The notes beneath the pieces were generated by a model. It had not been told where the DNA came from. It did not search any database and worked only from the letters and a program-made list of their open reading frames with translations. Position numbers and translations under genes: made by a program. A stretch of DNA of 64,000 nt, taken from NCBI RefSeq assembly GCF_006345805.1, contig NC_042998.1, positions 86,242,001-86,306,000 of the forward strand. The letters run 5' to 3'. Shown piece by piece: positions 25,745-39,461 of the stretch. Each line of letters begins with the position of its first letter. Position 1 is the stretch's first letter. Source of the DNA: Octopus sinensis. Its lineage: Eukaryota.

Positions 25745-25800
25745 GCAAAGGACCACTGATGAGGTCACAGAAGTGTGATGAAAGAACTCTGACTGAAATA
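25745..25800 (+). ncRNA. Minimal type I hammerhead-ribozyme-like motif in the Penelope 3' region
   Basis: CTGATGA-G-GTCAC-agaagt-GTGAT-GAAA-gaac-TC: 5-bp helix II and a short helix III; helix I only 2 bp. Confidence 0.55.
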
Positions 25801-26199
25801 CAATTAATATAAAATAAAGATGAAGCAGGTGAACACCAAATATGTAGTGTGTGTATTTTCATTGGCTAAACTGGCAACATGACCATCCCCAAATACAGTA
25901 ATATATATATGTATATTGTTTTCTTCATATAGGGGTTTCAAATGTAATAATTATTTTAAATACGCTCAGCATATTGATTTCGTTCAGCAAATATGTGTTG
26001 TATATATGTGAATATGTGTATGTGTATGTGCATGTCTGTATGTCTATGTCAATGTGTGCTTGTGTGTGTGAGTATGTTTGAAGGTATATGAGTGTGCATG
26101 CACATGTGAACTATGCATGTGTGTGTGAATACCTCAGCATATTTTTATCATTGACTGCTTGCTTATATGTGCTTATAAACATATACGTATATGTTTAGA

Positions 26200-27700
26200 C
26201 AGATAGGTCAACAAAGAAAGCTTTAAGTCCATCAGGAGCCATTGCTGATATGCTTAAAATATCTGGTAGAGCAGGATATGGACTAGTCATCAATATAGAT
26301 AATCAGGTTATTCAGGAGGGTGTAATCTCTAGCAACTGGTGTAGAAGTAGCTACATAGTCAGCTGCTACAAAGGTAAGGGAGATACCTTAAATAGTAATA
26401 ATTACTGAGGCATTATATTCCTGGACTAGGATGAAAATTACAGAGAGAGTTATAACCCAATTAATTAGGAACAAAATTAGATAAAATGCAGTTTGACTTT
26501 ATGCTGGGGAGAAGCACTACTGATACTATCTTCATAGTCAGGTAACTGCAAGAGAAGTATTTAGCTAAGAATATACCATTATTCTTGACATTTGTTGGGC
26601 TAGAAAAAGCCTTTGACAGGGCCCCTTGCTCTGTAATATGGTGGTCTCTGTGGCAGCTAAGGGTAGATGAAAGGCTTATGAAAGCATTCCAGACTATATT
26701 CAAATAAGTTGTTAGGAAGGTAAAAGTTAGTCGTGAGTAAAGTGATAAGTTTATTGGTACAGGTAGATGTTCACCAAGGCTCAATCCTCTGCCCTTACCA
26801 TATTCATCATAGTCCTCCAGGCCAAAACAGAGCAATTGAAGATTGAAAACCCATGGAAACCACTATATGTTGATTTTGCTCTCATAACAGAATCTTCCAG
26901 AAAAGAAATTCCAGGTGAGACAACAAAACCTGGAATCAAAAGGTCTTAAAGTTAACTTAGTAAGGACCAAGGTTCTAGTGAGCAAGAAATCAGACAGAAC
27001 CCTATCTTCTCCATGTAAATGGCCCTGCTTAATATAGGAAAAGTGTAGGCAGGAATTTTGTTCAGTATGCCCAATGCAAGATATAAACACACAAGATGCA
27101 GAGGAATGGTTGGGAGGTTAGCAGAGAAAGTAGGGTTTATATGTGGAAGAGATGCAGATACTATAAAATCTACAGATGCATGAGAAACTGATTTCTTTAA
27201 ATGCCCCAGAGGCTTTTGAGAAATGATAGATAATTTCTGCTACCTAGGTGACCTAGATAGCAATAGAGAAGGTGTACCAAAAGCGTAATTGTTAGAATAA
27301 GAATTGGATGGAGAAAGTTCAGAGAGCTTTTACCTCTGTTGGCAGCCAAAGGTCTTTCTCTCTTAGTGAAAGAAAGATTGCATGATGCATGCTCACAAAC
27401 AGCAATGCTACATGCAGTGAGGCATGGGTCCTAAATGCAAAGGACATGTGAAGACTAGAGAGGAATGAAGATGATGTACTCTGTCAGATGTGCAATGTCA
27501 TTGTACATGTGTGACAGATGCTAGTGTATTGAGAGAAAATTTAGGCATAAGAGGAATTAGATGCAGTGTGCAAGAGTAATGGTTTGGTCATGTGGTGCAT
27601 ATGGATGAGGACAGTTGCATAAAGATGTGCCAATCACTTAAAGTGGATGGAACTTGTGGATGACATGGAATCAAGTATTGAAAGACAATCTCAAAATGCT
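26200..27700 (+). mobile_element. RTE LINE RT fragment, degraded
   Basis: LTFVGLEKAFDRAP, VHQGSILCP, FCYLGD; homologous to 9330-10870. Confidence 0.85.
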
Positions 27701-27704
27701 GCTA

Positions 27705-28765
27705 TTCCTTTTACTATGTAAACTTGTTGCCTGGCTTCCCTTCTGGCTATATGATATAATTCTCTGCTTCCACTGTTTTCCAGTCTCTTTGTTTTTATCA
27801 TAACTGTCTGCCTTCTTGTTCCATCACCATGTCACCCTTTGCACCAGCCACAGATTTGCTCTGTAGTTCTCAGTAGATTGTTCTGCGGGAACTTCCAGTT
27901 GTCCTCTAAACTATGTCCCCAACTCTCGTCAGAAGCTTCCAGTAGAATATCTCTGAAATTTGTCGGTTTGCTGAGTCTTTGAGCTTCCATAATCTTCCAT
28001 TCTAGAATGGTTTATTTCTCTGAGTCCTTCTAGCTCTAATTCTGAAGTCACTAATCAGTAACTTGTGTTGGATTGTACATTATTTACTTTGGAATGACTT
28101 TGCATTTGTAAGCACCTATCTTGTTAACTGGTTAGGATGTCATCAAGCTGGCTTCTGTACCCACCAGACTGATAAGCAATCAGGTAGCTGGCTGCTTCTC
28201 TGAAGTTAATGTTGCAGATAATGAGATCATCTGCAACACAGAACTCCAGCAGCTTTGTTCCCTCCTCATTCTTAGGGCTAAAGCCATCACCACTGTGCAT
28301 ATCATAGAATCCATAGGGATGCTACTTAAAATGTCTATTGAAGTCACCAGCCACAATAAATAAGTCTGTCATTGAGGTAGTCTGCAAAAAGACCTTGTAA
28401 AATTGGTCCTTCTGGTCATCAGCCAGCCCAGACTGGGGAGCATAAGCAGAGATAATCATAAATGTTAACTTACCTACAAGTTTCAGCTTAATCACTCTAT
28501 CGCATGCTCTACCTTAGTTACCATATCTACCCACTTTTCTGCAAAAAATGTGCCTACATTACCCATGCTATCACTCCATCCTACCCAGAATTTGAACCTC
28601 TGTTTCTTACCTGTGAGAAATTTAGAACAGCCCCCACTCCATTTTACCTCTTGCACACCACACATGTCTGCATGATGTCATTCCAGCATTTCAATAATCT
28701 CACCAGTCTTCATTTCATTGTGCCAACATTGATGGTAGCAGCCCTGAAAATGTGTACTTGGGTGT
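27705..28765 (-). mobile_element. RTE LINE APE-endonuclease/linker fragment, degraded
   Basis: Minus strand: CGVQEVKWSGA, IISAYAP, VAGDFN, YHIARREARQQVY. Confidence 0.8.
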
Positions 28766-28875
28766 GACAGAGGGAAGGTAGTGTCCAAATGGAAAAGAGA
28801 AAAAAAGGGCTGCCAGAAAGTACAAAGTGAACTCACCCTTGCAGCCTTTGTAATTTATATATATATATATATATA

Positions 28876-28916
<41 letters not shown>

Positions 28917-30725
28917 TGTGTGTGTGTTGTGTATGTTCCTTATGGATTCAAAAACTGAGTTGCTGATTTTGACATGTAAGGTATCAAAAGATTCAGTAAT
29001 CTTTCAGCTACTAAGTGCAGTATATTTTTTTGCACAACCTCAAAACAAGGTTGGATTGCACAATTTTGAGGTCATTTTGGGGCAATATTGCTTCTGATGT
29101 ACACTACCAATTTTAATGTTTACTGTGTCAAAAAATGCAGCAACGTACAAGGAGTACTATGAATGCATTTGTGATGCACAAATGGAAAATGACCAAAAAA
29201 TATGATTTTTTGGAACAATTATTGGCACATTTTCTGTCAATAATGGCCTTTGCACCACAACTAAACTGTCAATGTGAATGTCTTCAGTATTCCATGATTA
29301 AACAATGTCTTTGAAGTATTGTGATACCATTTCTTTGCACAAAGCCCTATTTTTCAACAGAAAATTGACTAATGAACCATGCTTCTGGCATAATTGTGAT
29401 CGTTTTTGGCATTACTACTGAAAACAATTTGTCCATATAGATTTTCCTGGTAGCAAATAACTCAGGAATGTCAAAGGAGAATTCTTAGGTTTAAATTCAA
29501 TAAAATTTCCCTAAGGTTTAAGCACAATAAAAGCCTATACTCATTCAAGTGTGGTAAAAATGTGAAGCAATGACTAAAACCTTTTGAGCTCTTTTGCCTT
29601 TAACATTTTTCTCTTTATTCAACCCAATTTATGCAAAGTTGCTTATTGTTATTAGTATATATTCATGCCTATTATTCAATCCATAAGCTACAATGTTCAT
29701 AAGTAGTTTACTACACTCTCCCTATTTTTCACAGTGGTTGAGTGTGTACTATAACGCAGGTGGTGGAATGGAAAACAAATGTCTGACCTGATAACCCCAG
29801 TGAAGACAACAGCAACACTGTACATCTATACGAGGGAAAATTAAGGTCACAAACATGAGTCCATCCATGGTGCATGTCTCTTCAATGGTCAGGATGCACA
29901 CCATGTTCAGTGACTTGTTCAATTTCAAATCAACTTTTCCTTATCAGTTGGTTGTGGTATTATTGTTATCAATGACCCGGGCAATGCTGGAATGTATTGT
30001 GTGTGGTGCATAAGTTCCACTTGAATTTAAAAATTGTGTATATATATAACACAATGTGGCTGTAGGTCATAACACCTGGGAAATGCCAGGTTTGCATAGC
30101 TGGTATCAAAATAAAATTCCTTACAAATTATTGGTGTCTAATGTAACAATCATAAAATATCTGCTTCATGATTTGTACTCAATTCTGCAATCCTTTATTG
30201 TATATGACAATGAAAATGTTTAGTAATTGGATTTTGATATTTTTATTCCCTACTTCAATCCCTATATAATGGATTTATTTAGTTATTTTTGTAAGATCTT
30301 AAAAAATTAGTTAAATGATGACATCAAACAATTCATAAGGTAAAAGTAAAACAATTTTTTTTTATTTTGCAAACAACTTTTAACTCTTTATATGACAATT
30401 GCCTTGTAAAATGCTTTGATAGTTTTTTTTTTTTACCTTCATTGCAATAAATAATGTATTTTACAAACATATTTCACAAAAATAGATTTGCATTGTAAAA
30501 GGATTTCAGTAACATAAAGTGTAAGTTAGTAGCCAGCAAAATGTATACAGATAAAAGTTCATACACGCACAGATATTTTATTTGTTATTATTTCTTTTTC
30601 CTTTAGGTACCAATGGAATTATTGAGTCAGCAAATTAGTGGTGTCTTCTTGTGAAATCTGCTATCCATAGATATGTCTTTTATTCTGAGTATTTTTTTCA
30701 AGTCAACAGCAACAAAAACACATAG

Positions 30726-30787
30726 CTAATCATCCAGTACACTGTCGAGCCAATCTTCCAATGAAGATGTTGCAGTACTAACATATT
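30726..30787 (-). CDS. AVEN: AVEN exon 6 (last coding exon)
   Basis: Acceptor tcttttcag; (Q)YVSTATSSLEDWLDSVLDD* matches the Aven C-terminal LEDWLDS motif. Phase 1 agrees with exon 5. Confidence 0.92.
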
Positions 30788-31798
30788 CTGAAAAGACATA
30801 ATATTTAAAATATGATGGTATTTTTTGATTTTGGAGGCAAATATTTACAAACATACAAAACACAAATGTCTAGAGAGTAAGTGGTAAAAATTAGTAAGTA
30901 AATGTGCGAAGGTGTACTTGTGAGCATGTATATTAAAAGTAAAAGGTGAAAATGCTTTGAGAATGTTATCATAAATAAAAGGAGGAGAATACTTACATTT
31001 TTATCAAAATATGCTACCAGTTTCAATTGCTTAAGATAATTTAGTCATGCCTTAAGAAAAGGGAAAATAAGCTGAACTAAATTAATCTTTCCTGAGCACA
31101 GTTTTGAAAGTTTTCATGTTTTCCTGACAAACTTCACATGGTAGTGGCTATTAGTCTTCTTCTGATGGCTGCTGGGTCATAATAGTAACAATAACAGTTT
31201 TAGCAGTGGTAGTTGTCTATTGAATTTTTTTGTACTTTATTCATCCACTTATTAAGACAGCAGGTTATTAAATTTGATGAGAATTGGTTGCTATTTCTAA
31301 CAAGCCACACAACAATATACAGGTTTCTTTGTTGGTTCATAATTTTATTTTAATTTAATACCTCAAAACATAACAAAGCAACAAATGCTAAAGACTCGGG
31401 AAATAAATATGACTAAAACCTTCAGTTAAACCTTAATTTTTTAAACCTCTGCACTTATTTTTACTGCAACGACAAAGCAATATTGTTACTGTTGACTCTT
31501 TGGTTTATTTTATTCTAATTAATCCCAAAACAGCAAGTAATTTGATTTTCTTAATATCTTTTAGTCACAAGAGAAGGTTAGTGCCTATGATGTTTCACAG
31601 GGCCTCTGAAATTTGTAGAAGTAAAAGAGGAATGTATTCTCAAACCAGATGCCTGGTCTGAATGGCAATTTCTTTATTGTCAATGGAAATTAACTAAAAA
31701 CACTCAAGATGCCAGAGGGGGATATTGGGAGGTTTCATATAAAAATCATTAAACAAATGCAAGTGAATTGTTTTGAAGGTCAATACAAAATTACATAC

Positions 31799-31915
31799 GC
31801 TTTTCCGTTTTCTTAGGTAAAGTTTCTGGGCCGTTAATCTGTGCTAATTCTTCATCCTTGGATTGTTTACAGGATGTATCATTCTGCATTAATTGCTGAT
31901 TGCCCATATTTACAT
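31799..31915 (-). CDS. AVEN: AVEN exon 5
   Basis: Pyrimidine-rich acceptor ...aatatag|AT, donor C|gtatgt, 117 nt, phase 1/1, open (DVNMGNQQ...PKKTEK). Confidence 0.8.
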
Positions 31916-33968
31916 CTATATTGGTAGAAATAAACAGTAACATTAAAAGAATGAATATTACAAAAAGAGAAAGCAAAATAAACAAACCAACAGCTTTAAA
32001 AGAAATCAATAAGCAGTAAGGTAACAGTATATTTAATGTAAACTTTTATAGTTTTGGGTAATTCCTGTTGAATTTTAAAATATAAAAGACGTTTAGGAGT
32101 TAAACAACAAAACTAAAATCATTGTCATTGATTTACATTCACTTTCCATGCTGGTATGGGTTAGTTCAGTCACTTTTATTCTTCTAGATGGGTCAGGTAA
32201 CCTCATCTCACTTCTAAGTTTCCTTTCGGGATTCATTTCTGTGGTTGGCTGCCCTTCCTAATACCAACCATTTAATAAAGTGTACTGAGTGCACTATTTT
32301 GTAGCACAAGTAATATAGAAGTTGGTATATCCCCGAAATGACCAAAGGGACTTCATAACTGTATACTTAACAGAGTGTACTGCGTTCATTTTATTATGAC
32401 ACCAGTGAAAGAAGTGAGAGAGCAATGGCTAACAAGAGGTGGATAAATGAGAAAAGTGAATGACAGGTACTGGTACCAAATAGCCAGTGGGGAGTATAGG
32501 TAAGGTATATGAGGTACATACATTTCTCCCTTTCTCCAGTCTGTAGAATGTACTCACTGCCACCACATACTAAGATAAAATTCATCACTACTGATAAAGG
32601 AAAATAGTGACTGAACAATCATTAGAAACAGATCTGGTCTGAGCTTGTGGTTGCTAGGGAGTACATGCTGGCAACAGAGGCCTGAGGCAGAAATGTGCAT
32701 CTAGCATTCTTAAAAATGCTGCTGGCTGATTTTCATTTGCTACTGGTATCATCCTCCACTTCATCATCATCATTTAACGTCTGTTTTTCCATGCGGGCAT
32801 GAGTTGGATGGTTTGACAAGAGTTGGCCAACTGGAGAGCTGTCCATGCTCCAATTGTCTATTTTGGCATGGTTTCTATGGCTAGATGCCCTTACTAACAC
32901 CAACCACTTTACAGAGTGTACTGGCTGCTTGTTATGTGATACCAGCATGGGTGCTTTGTAGTGGCACTGACATGGGTCCATTTTATGTGACACTGATACA
33001 TGTGCTTCATATATGACACTGGCACGAGTGCTTTTTACACGTTTTAAACAGTATGGTCATAGGAGCAAATGTCTTCTATTATAACTTTGGCTGACCAAAT
33101 AGGAGATACTGTTTGCAGGTGAATACTGCAGCTAATTTGCTTTTTTGCCAATGCATATGCATTAAGTATGATACACAGATGGCTATTTTAAACTAATATG
33201 GCATCTGTTGCAAATAACATATTTATATCTTTTATTTTTACTAGTTTCAGTCATTAGACTACAGCCATGCAGAAGCACTGCCCTGAGGAATTTCAGTTGA
33301 CTGAATTAAACCCAGTACTTTTTTTTTTAAACCTAGTTCCTATTCCATCAGTTAATCAACCTGATTAACTATATGGGTGACTAGGCTATATACTATTCCA
33401 CCAGATATTATAAGCATCTCAGCAGTGAATTCTGATGGGCCAGGGGCTTCCCTGTTTTCCCTTAATTGCTTTATCTACCAAGCTACTAATGATTTGGCTA
33501 AGCTGGTCCCTCACTTAGGTCAACATTTGGCAGAGTCTCCTTCTCCCATCCATCCTCCACATTTAGCAGCCTTTTATGTTGGCATTTCCAAGCCTGTTTC
33601 TTTGCAGAATCATTAAACACATGTTCATGTATGTGTGTGGGTGAAGCTGCATACCACTACTCAATAACCTGTGTTGGCTTGTTTATATCTTTGTAACTTA
33701 GAGGTTTGGCAAACATGACTGATAAAATAATTAACTAACTCTAGAAAATAAATACTGGAGAGTTGGTTTCTTAAACTAACCCCTTGAAAGCAATGCTCCA
33801 GCATGGCCACAGTACACTGACTGAAACAAGTAAAAGTAAAAGAAAAAATAAACAAGCTTTCATACAGTTTCCATCAACCATTTTCCCTTACAAGGCATTG
33901 GTCAGTCTGAGGTTATGTTAGAAGACACTTGCCAAAGGAGTTGCACAGTGAGATAGAAGCTGAAACTA

Positions 33969-35222
33969 TTCGGTTGGCAACTAAGTTCCTGTCATTTTTT
34001 TAAATTTTGGAATTTATTGCGTTTTTAAATTTTGAAATCTATTTTTTTCAAGAATTCTATTTTTGAATCATTTTGAAATCTTTTTTGATTTTTTCTAGTT
34101 AATTTTTGTTTATTTTCAGATAATTAGAATGTCAAGTTAAGAAAAAGAAGCATTTCCGAAACCTCCTTCTTTTTGCTTTTAATCAAGGTTCTAAGGCCGC
34201 AAAAGCTGTTTGTGACATTTGTGCTGTGTATGGAGAGGGTACCATAGCTGAAAGAACCACTTGTGATTGGTATGCCAAGTTCAAAAATGGAAATTTTGAC
34301 CTCAAAGATGCACCTCGTTCTGGCCATCCAGTTGAGTTCAATGAAGAGCAATTAAACCAACTTTTGCATGAAAATTCTTGTCAAATGACAAGGGAACTGG
34401 CAGAGAAAATAGAATGTTCCCACGCTGCTATAGAGAAGCATCTTTACTCAATGGGAAAGGTTCAGAAGTATGGAGCATGGGTTTAAGTGACAACAACAAA
34501 ATCAACGAGCCACAATCTCCGCTGGTTTGCTTGCTCGTCACTGCTCAACTCATGGACACAAGCAACGATTTCTTTACCGAATTCTTACTGGCGATGTAAA
34601 ATGGTGCCTGTACATCAATATGAAGCAGAGTATGGAATGGCTTAGCCCCAGTAAACAAGTGACACTGCACATGAAACAAGATCTTCATCTGTGTAAAACA
34701 ATGTTGTGTGTATGGTGGGACTGGGAAGGGAGTATCCATTACGAATTGCTTGAACAGAACCAAATGGTCAACACGAAACTCTATGTTCAACAGATGGAAC
34801 GACTCAACACAGCTGTTCAAGAGAAAAGACCTAATCGTCAGCATGGAGTTCTGCTGCATGACAACGCCCGCTCTCATATAACCAAGGAAGCCATTCAAAC
34901 ACATGGCTGGGAAGTGCTGCTACACCCGCCGTATTCTCCTGATTTGACACCAATGGATTTCAACCTCGTTCGATCTTTTTCAAATGTCATGCATAGAGTT
35001 TTGTTCAATACTAGTGCAGAATCGAGAACTTGGTTGGATCAATTTTTCGAGTCAAAATCAGGTGATTTCTACCAATGAAGTATTGAAAATGTTGTTAAAC
35101 ATTGGGAAGAAGTTGTAAACAACAAGGCAGAATACATTATGATTAATTAGTTGGTATTTTTTATTAAACCTTTTAAAAAATTAAAATTTTTAAAAAATGC
35201 GGGAACTTAGTTGCCAACCTAA
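33969..35222 (+). mobile_element. mariner (Mos1-like D,D34D) transposon, full length, degraded, in AVEN intron 4
   Basis: TIRs tt(c/a)ggttggcaactaagttcc at both ends, 5' TA. Motifs TGDVKW, HDNARSH, HPPYSPDLTPMDFNL. Confidence 0.93.
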
Positions 35223-35306
35223 TGCATAACAAAACAAATTCCACAGCTACCAGCACCTGAAAAGAAAAAAATAGAAAGAAACCAGTAAAGTGAGAAAGAA
35301 AAATAC

Positions 35307-35648
35307 CTGTTTTCGAACTGCCCATTGATAAAAGTGCATCAACTTCAATCTCACACTGCGTTAGAACAATGTCGGAAGTTTTACAGTCATTCTCATTAGA
35401 AGTTTGTTTTGGTTCGACTATATTTGCAGATTTATCTTGATTCTCATTTAGATCTGTTTCCCCTGTAGTTTCAGCACAAGCCATTTCTCATCAGTTTCAG
35501 GAACCTGAAATCCAGTTGATAATATAGTCTCTACTGTTTTATGACTAAATACTGGCAGTGACTCTTGAAGTATGGTACTGCCAGAATCTGGCAGATATTT
35601 GGCTTCCTATGCAGCTGCTGCAGTAAAGAAAGCATCAATCTGATCTGG
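35307..35648 (-). CDS. AVEN: AVEN exon 4 (in-frame TAG and 1-nt frameshift as assembled)
   Basis: Strong acceptor tttcatttatttcag|CCA (phase 0) and donor ACA G|gtattt (phase 1). It ends EIEVDALLSMG, similar to the Aven EEELDLLL motif. TAG at 35607-35609; length 342 does not fit the phases. Confidence 0.7.
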
Positions 35649-36272
35649 CTGAAATAAATGAAATAACAAACAACAATAAAGAATTCCTCATAATTAAGAA
35701 AAAACATTTTAGGAGAAAACAATTTCCTTAATGCTGCTTTATATGTTTACTATGGATGGTTTTTAGGTTTAAATCTGATAATGGGTGATAGGGATCCTAT
35801 AATCTATAGGAATACCAATAATGATATTATTTTCATTTGGTGAATGTAGAGCAGTCGTTAGCCACAGGTGGCCCATAGAACTTTCTGGATGGCATACCTG
35901 ACAAAAAAATTACTTTCACTTTTTTCTCTTGTGTGGCCCACATGATAATGAGCAATGTCTTATGTGACCCCTTCTCAAAAAAGGTTGCACATGCTTGATC
36001 AAAAGTAAATCATTTTGATGGAACCTACCCATCAACAAATTATATCTTTTATAAGAATTATTGCAAACTTAAGCAAGTTTTGAGTTCAGTTCCAATACAC
36101 AGCACTTTGGGAAAGTGTCTTCTACTGTAGCCCTGAGCCAGCTAAAGCCTTTTGAGTGGATTTGGTTCACAGAAACTGGAAGATGTAATTATGTATGTAG
36201 TTACATAAAAATATATTTACATAAAAAGGTATCTTCAATGTTCTTTCTAAGATAAAATATTTCAATATTTAA

Positions 36273-36491
36273 CCCTTTAGCATTTAAATCAGTCATATCT
36301 GGCCCAAAATGTCCTACCTATTTTATGGTTGAAGTGGCCAGATCTGGCTTCTCATACCTACTTGACAATGTCATTCAAATCAAACATTCACATCATTGAA
36401 ATCTCAAAGCTATGAGATAATGCTTGATTACTTCAAAGCAATGTGAATGAATAAGCATTACAATTGAGAGGATAACCTGATTGTTAAAGGG
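36273..36491. mobile_element. piggyBac-type MITE
   Basis: TTAA|CCCTTTA...TAAAGGG|TTAA. A degenerate second copy is at ~37071-37300. Confidence 0.75.
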
Positions 36492-36638
36492 TTAAGCAAC
36501 TCTTTAAAGACAAACCAATTGAGACTACAGCAGTAGAATAAAAATTAGTTGTCATGAGAAAATAGTCATAGCATTCATTTATTCATAAGTAAAAGATGTA
36601 GAAGAAGAAAAGTTCAAGATCTGGAAAGAATTACTTAC

Positions 36639-36799
36639 ACTGAATAATGAAACAGGAAGAGCAAGCCGCTCATGGAGTGGTATGCACTGAAGGCTTTCTG
36701 CAAGCTTTTCACAATTTAAGGCAACAAAACTTGAATTAATTGATTTCTCATCTTCCCATTCTTTTTCGTCTTTAAATCGAAACTGTGACAAAGAATCAG
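36639..36799 (-). CDS. AVEN: AVEN exon 3
   Basis: tttttag|CT acceptor, AGT|gtaagt donor. (A)DSLSQFRFKDEKEW...LAESLQCIPLHERL matches Aven GDSFSQFRFAEEKEW...LQELPLCLRL. Confidence 0.95.
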
Positions 36800-39461
36800 C
36801 TAAAAATAAGACATAAAAAGGTTTGCTTTTTATCAAATGTACAAACAAAAAGAATCAAAATACAATACAAAAACAGTATTCTAAAGGTGTTAATAGACCC
36901 AAAGGTAGCATTAATTTGATGAAGCAACAATCTATTTCTTTATTTATCTCTGCTTTTGGAGCCAGATTGAATGAAAAGAGCCAACACAATAAGTGTTAGA
37001 TCTTAAGGCTAAAAGTTAAACAAAAACCACAAATAGGTTTTATATTATCATTATTTGAAACAACATCAAATTAATCCTTTAGCATTTAAACTGGCCCTTT
37101 ATTTGACCTGAATATTTTACCCGTTTTATGTTCAAACCAGCTAAATATGGCTTCTCACACCTACCATACAATGCCACTCTTAAAAATAAATAATCACATC
37201 TTTGAAATTTCAAAGCTATGAGAGAAAGAATGATTAATTCAAAACAATGTGTATAAAATAAGCATTACATTTGACAGAATAATCTGTATTTTAAAGAAGA
37301 GGAAGGGTCTCTACACTTGACCTGCTAGAAATAGCAACCAAATCTTTCCCAAATCCTACCCTGCCAAGGTCAATAAATTAAGTACCAGTTACGTACAGGG
37401 GTTGATCTAATAAACTACCCCACCCACCTATCAAAAAATTGGGGGCCTTGTGCCTAGAGAAGAAAAGAGTATTTCAATAGCATATTTGTCTAACAGACAT
37501 AAAACAGAGTTGAGAAAATGTTTCATCATCGGTAGAATAATTATCTGAGAAAGTAAAACTAGAGGGAAAATGTCTACACTATTAATGTACCCCCACAAAA
37601 ACTGAATGAGAAACAGGACTTGAAATATGGAGTACTCAAAGAATCAAATCAATGGATCGCTACTGGCAAAAGCACATCCTTAACACTTTTGTTACCATGT
37701 TTTAGTGAAACAACACACCTGCCTTTGTTTCAATTAATTTTGAAAATAACAAAGAATTTAGTAGAATAATCTTATGTGATTAGAGAAAAAGGGGGTGAAA
37801 GAAAAGAGGAGAGGAGAAAAAGAGGGAGAGAGAAGCATCCATGACGTGAGGCAGAGGGAATGTAATTGTAATGCTTTCATGTGATTAGTTGAAGAGAAAG
37901 AGAGGAGAAAGGAAAAGGAGAAAAGGAGGATAAGGTGAAAAGTGAGACAAAAAGAGGGAGAGAGAAGTGTCCACAACATGACGTAGAGGGAACGTAATAT
38001 TTATTATGTTGTTAAAAAAGTTAGTTGACGGTAGAGGAGAGTTAAAAATATGATTTTAGCAGAGGAGTGATAGTAAGGTTAAAGAAACAAGAGAGGGAGG
38101 AGGAGAGAAAAAGAGAGGCAGGAGAGAGAGAGGTGATTAGATAGTGAAAAATGATTTTTTTTAGTTGAATTAAGTCATTTTTTATATCACCTACCACTTA
38201 ACGCATGCACATAAGTGCAATTCCATGAAGCAATCATGCTTATTTATGTGATAGATATATGCAATTTAGCTAAAGGTTGTATCATATGTACACAATATTT
38301 TTTTTAATTTATGGCAAAAATGGAAAAATAAGAGTGCTGTGTATTAAGTCTATAAAATTGTACATAAAGTATATAAAATGTATATATAAAGTGTATTAAG
38401 TAATCATTGTATTCCAATTTTGTTCACTTTTCAATGAGTACTAGATGAGTGACTATCTTTTCATACAGACACAACACAGGCTACGCTTTCAGGTTTTTTG
38501 GATAAAGTTTACGATTAATTCTGTGAAATACCACTAGTTTAGTCATTAATACACTAGTGTTTGAAAGTTAAATTGACATAAAATTTTGATGCAAGGTTAT
38601 AATTTGGATTAGTTTAAAAGAGGAAGTTTGTATCATTGACCCAGAGTTGCTTTCATGCAGGTTGGTATCAAAAGGATTAATTGTAGCCCTTCTTCTTGGG
38701 GCCAAAAGATGCTTCACTCACAGTAATTATTTACACTCTACAAAGTGAAGCCCATAATGGAGTATTGCTTTTACATCTGCGATGCTTCTGTGGCTGCTGC
38801 ACACACACATCCTAGGCCAGAAAAAAGCCACAGACTTGAACATAGTCACTCACAGTCTCACTGCAGCTAATGACCTACAATCACACTATTTCTTGCCTCA
38901 ATTTTATATCTACCACTATTATAATGGTCCTTACAGCTGGCTGGGTTTATGCTACCAACATTCAAGCATTCCCCACTCACTTTTCTCTTTTCAGTATCTT
39001 TGCTCTTCTTCACCAAGTCCTTTTTATCAGAATGTCAGCGCTCTACAATTTCAACAGTTTGAGAGAAACATCAAACCTCACCAATCTAGAAAGCTCTGCA
39101 AACATCATGAGCACTGCAAGACACAACTAGTAAAGAAAAAAGTAATTGCCATTCATAGAGAAGGCCTGGGTTGGAGCTACTCAACAACAACAGCTGTTTT
39201 CCATGCACTAAAAACTTGCTGTTACATTATTATTGTTAAAGTGGAAAACTAGTAGAACTGTTAGCATTTCTTCTGGCATATTTGACATTTTGTATTCAAA
39301 TTCCACTGAGGATGACTTTGGCTTTCATAATTTCAGAGTCAACGAAAATAGGCACCAGTTGAGCACTGGGGTTGATGAAATTGACTTCTCCTTCCCCTCA
39401 AAATTGCTGGCCTTGTGCCAAAATTAGAAAGAATTATCATTAATATTATTATCAACAATAC

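Noticed and set aside
29000-30130. Possible Mutator-like transposase remnant on the minus strand
   Set aside because: Too degraded; no motif could be read with confidence.
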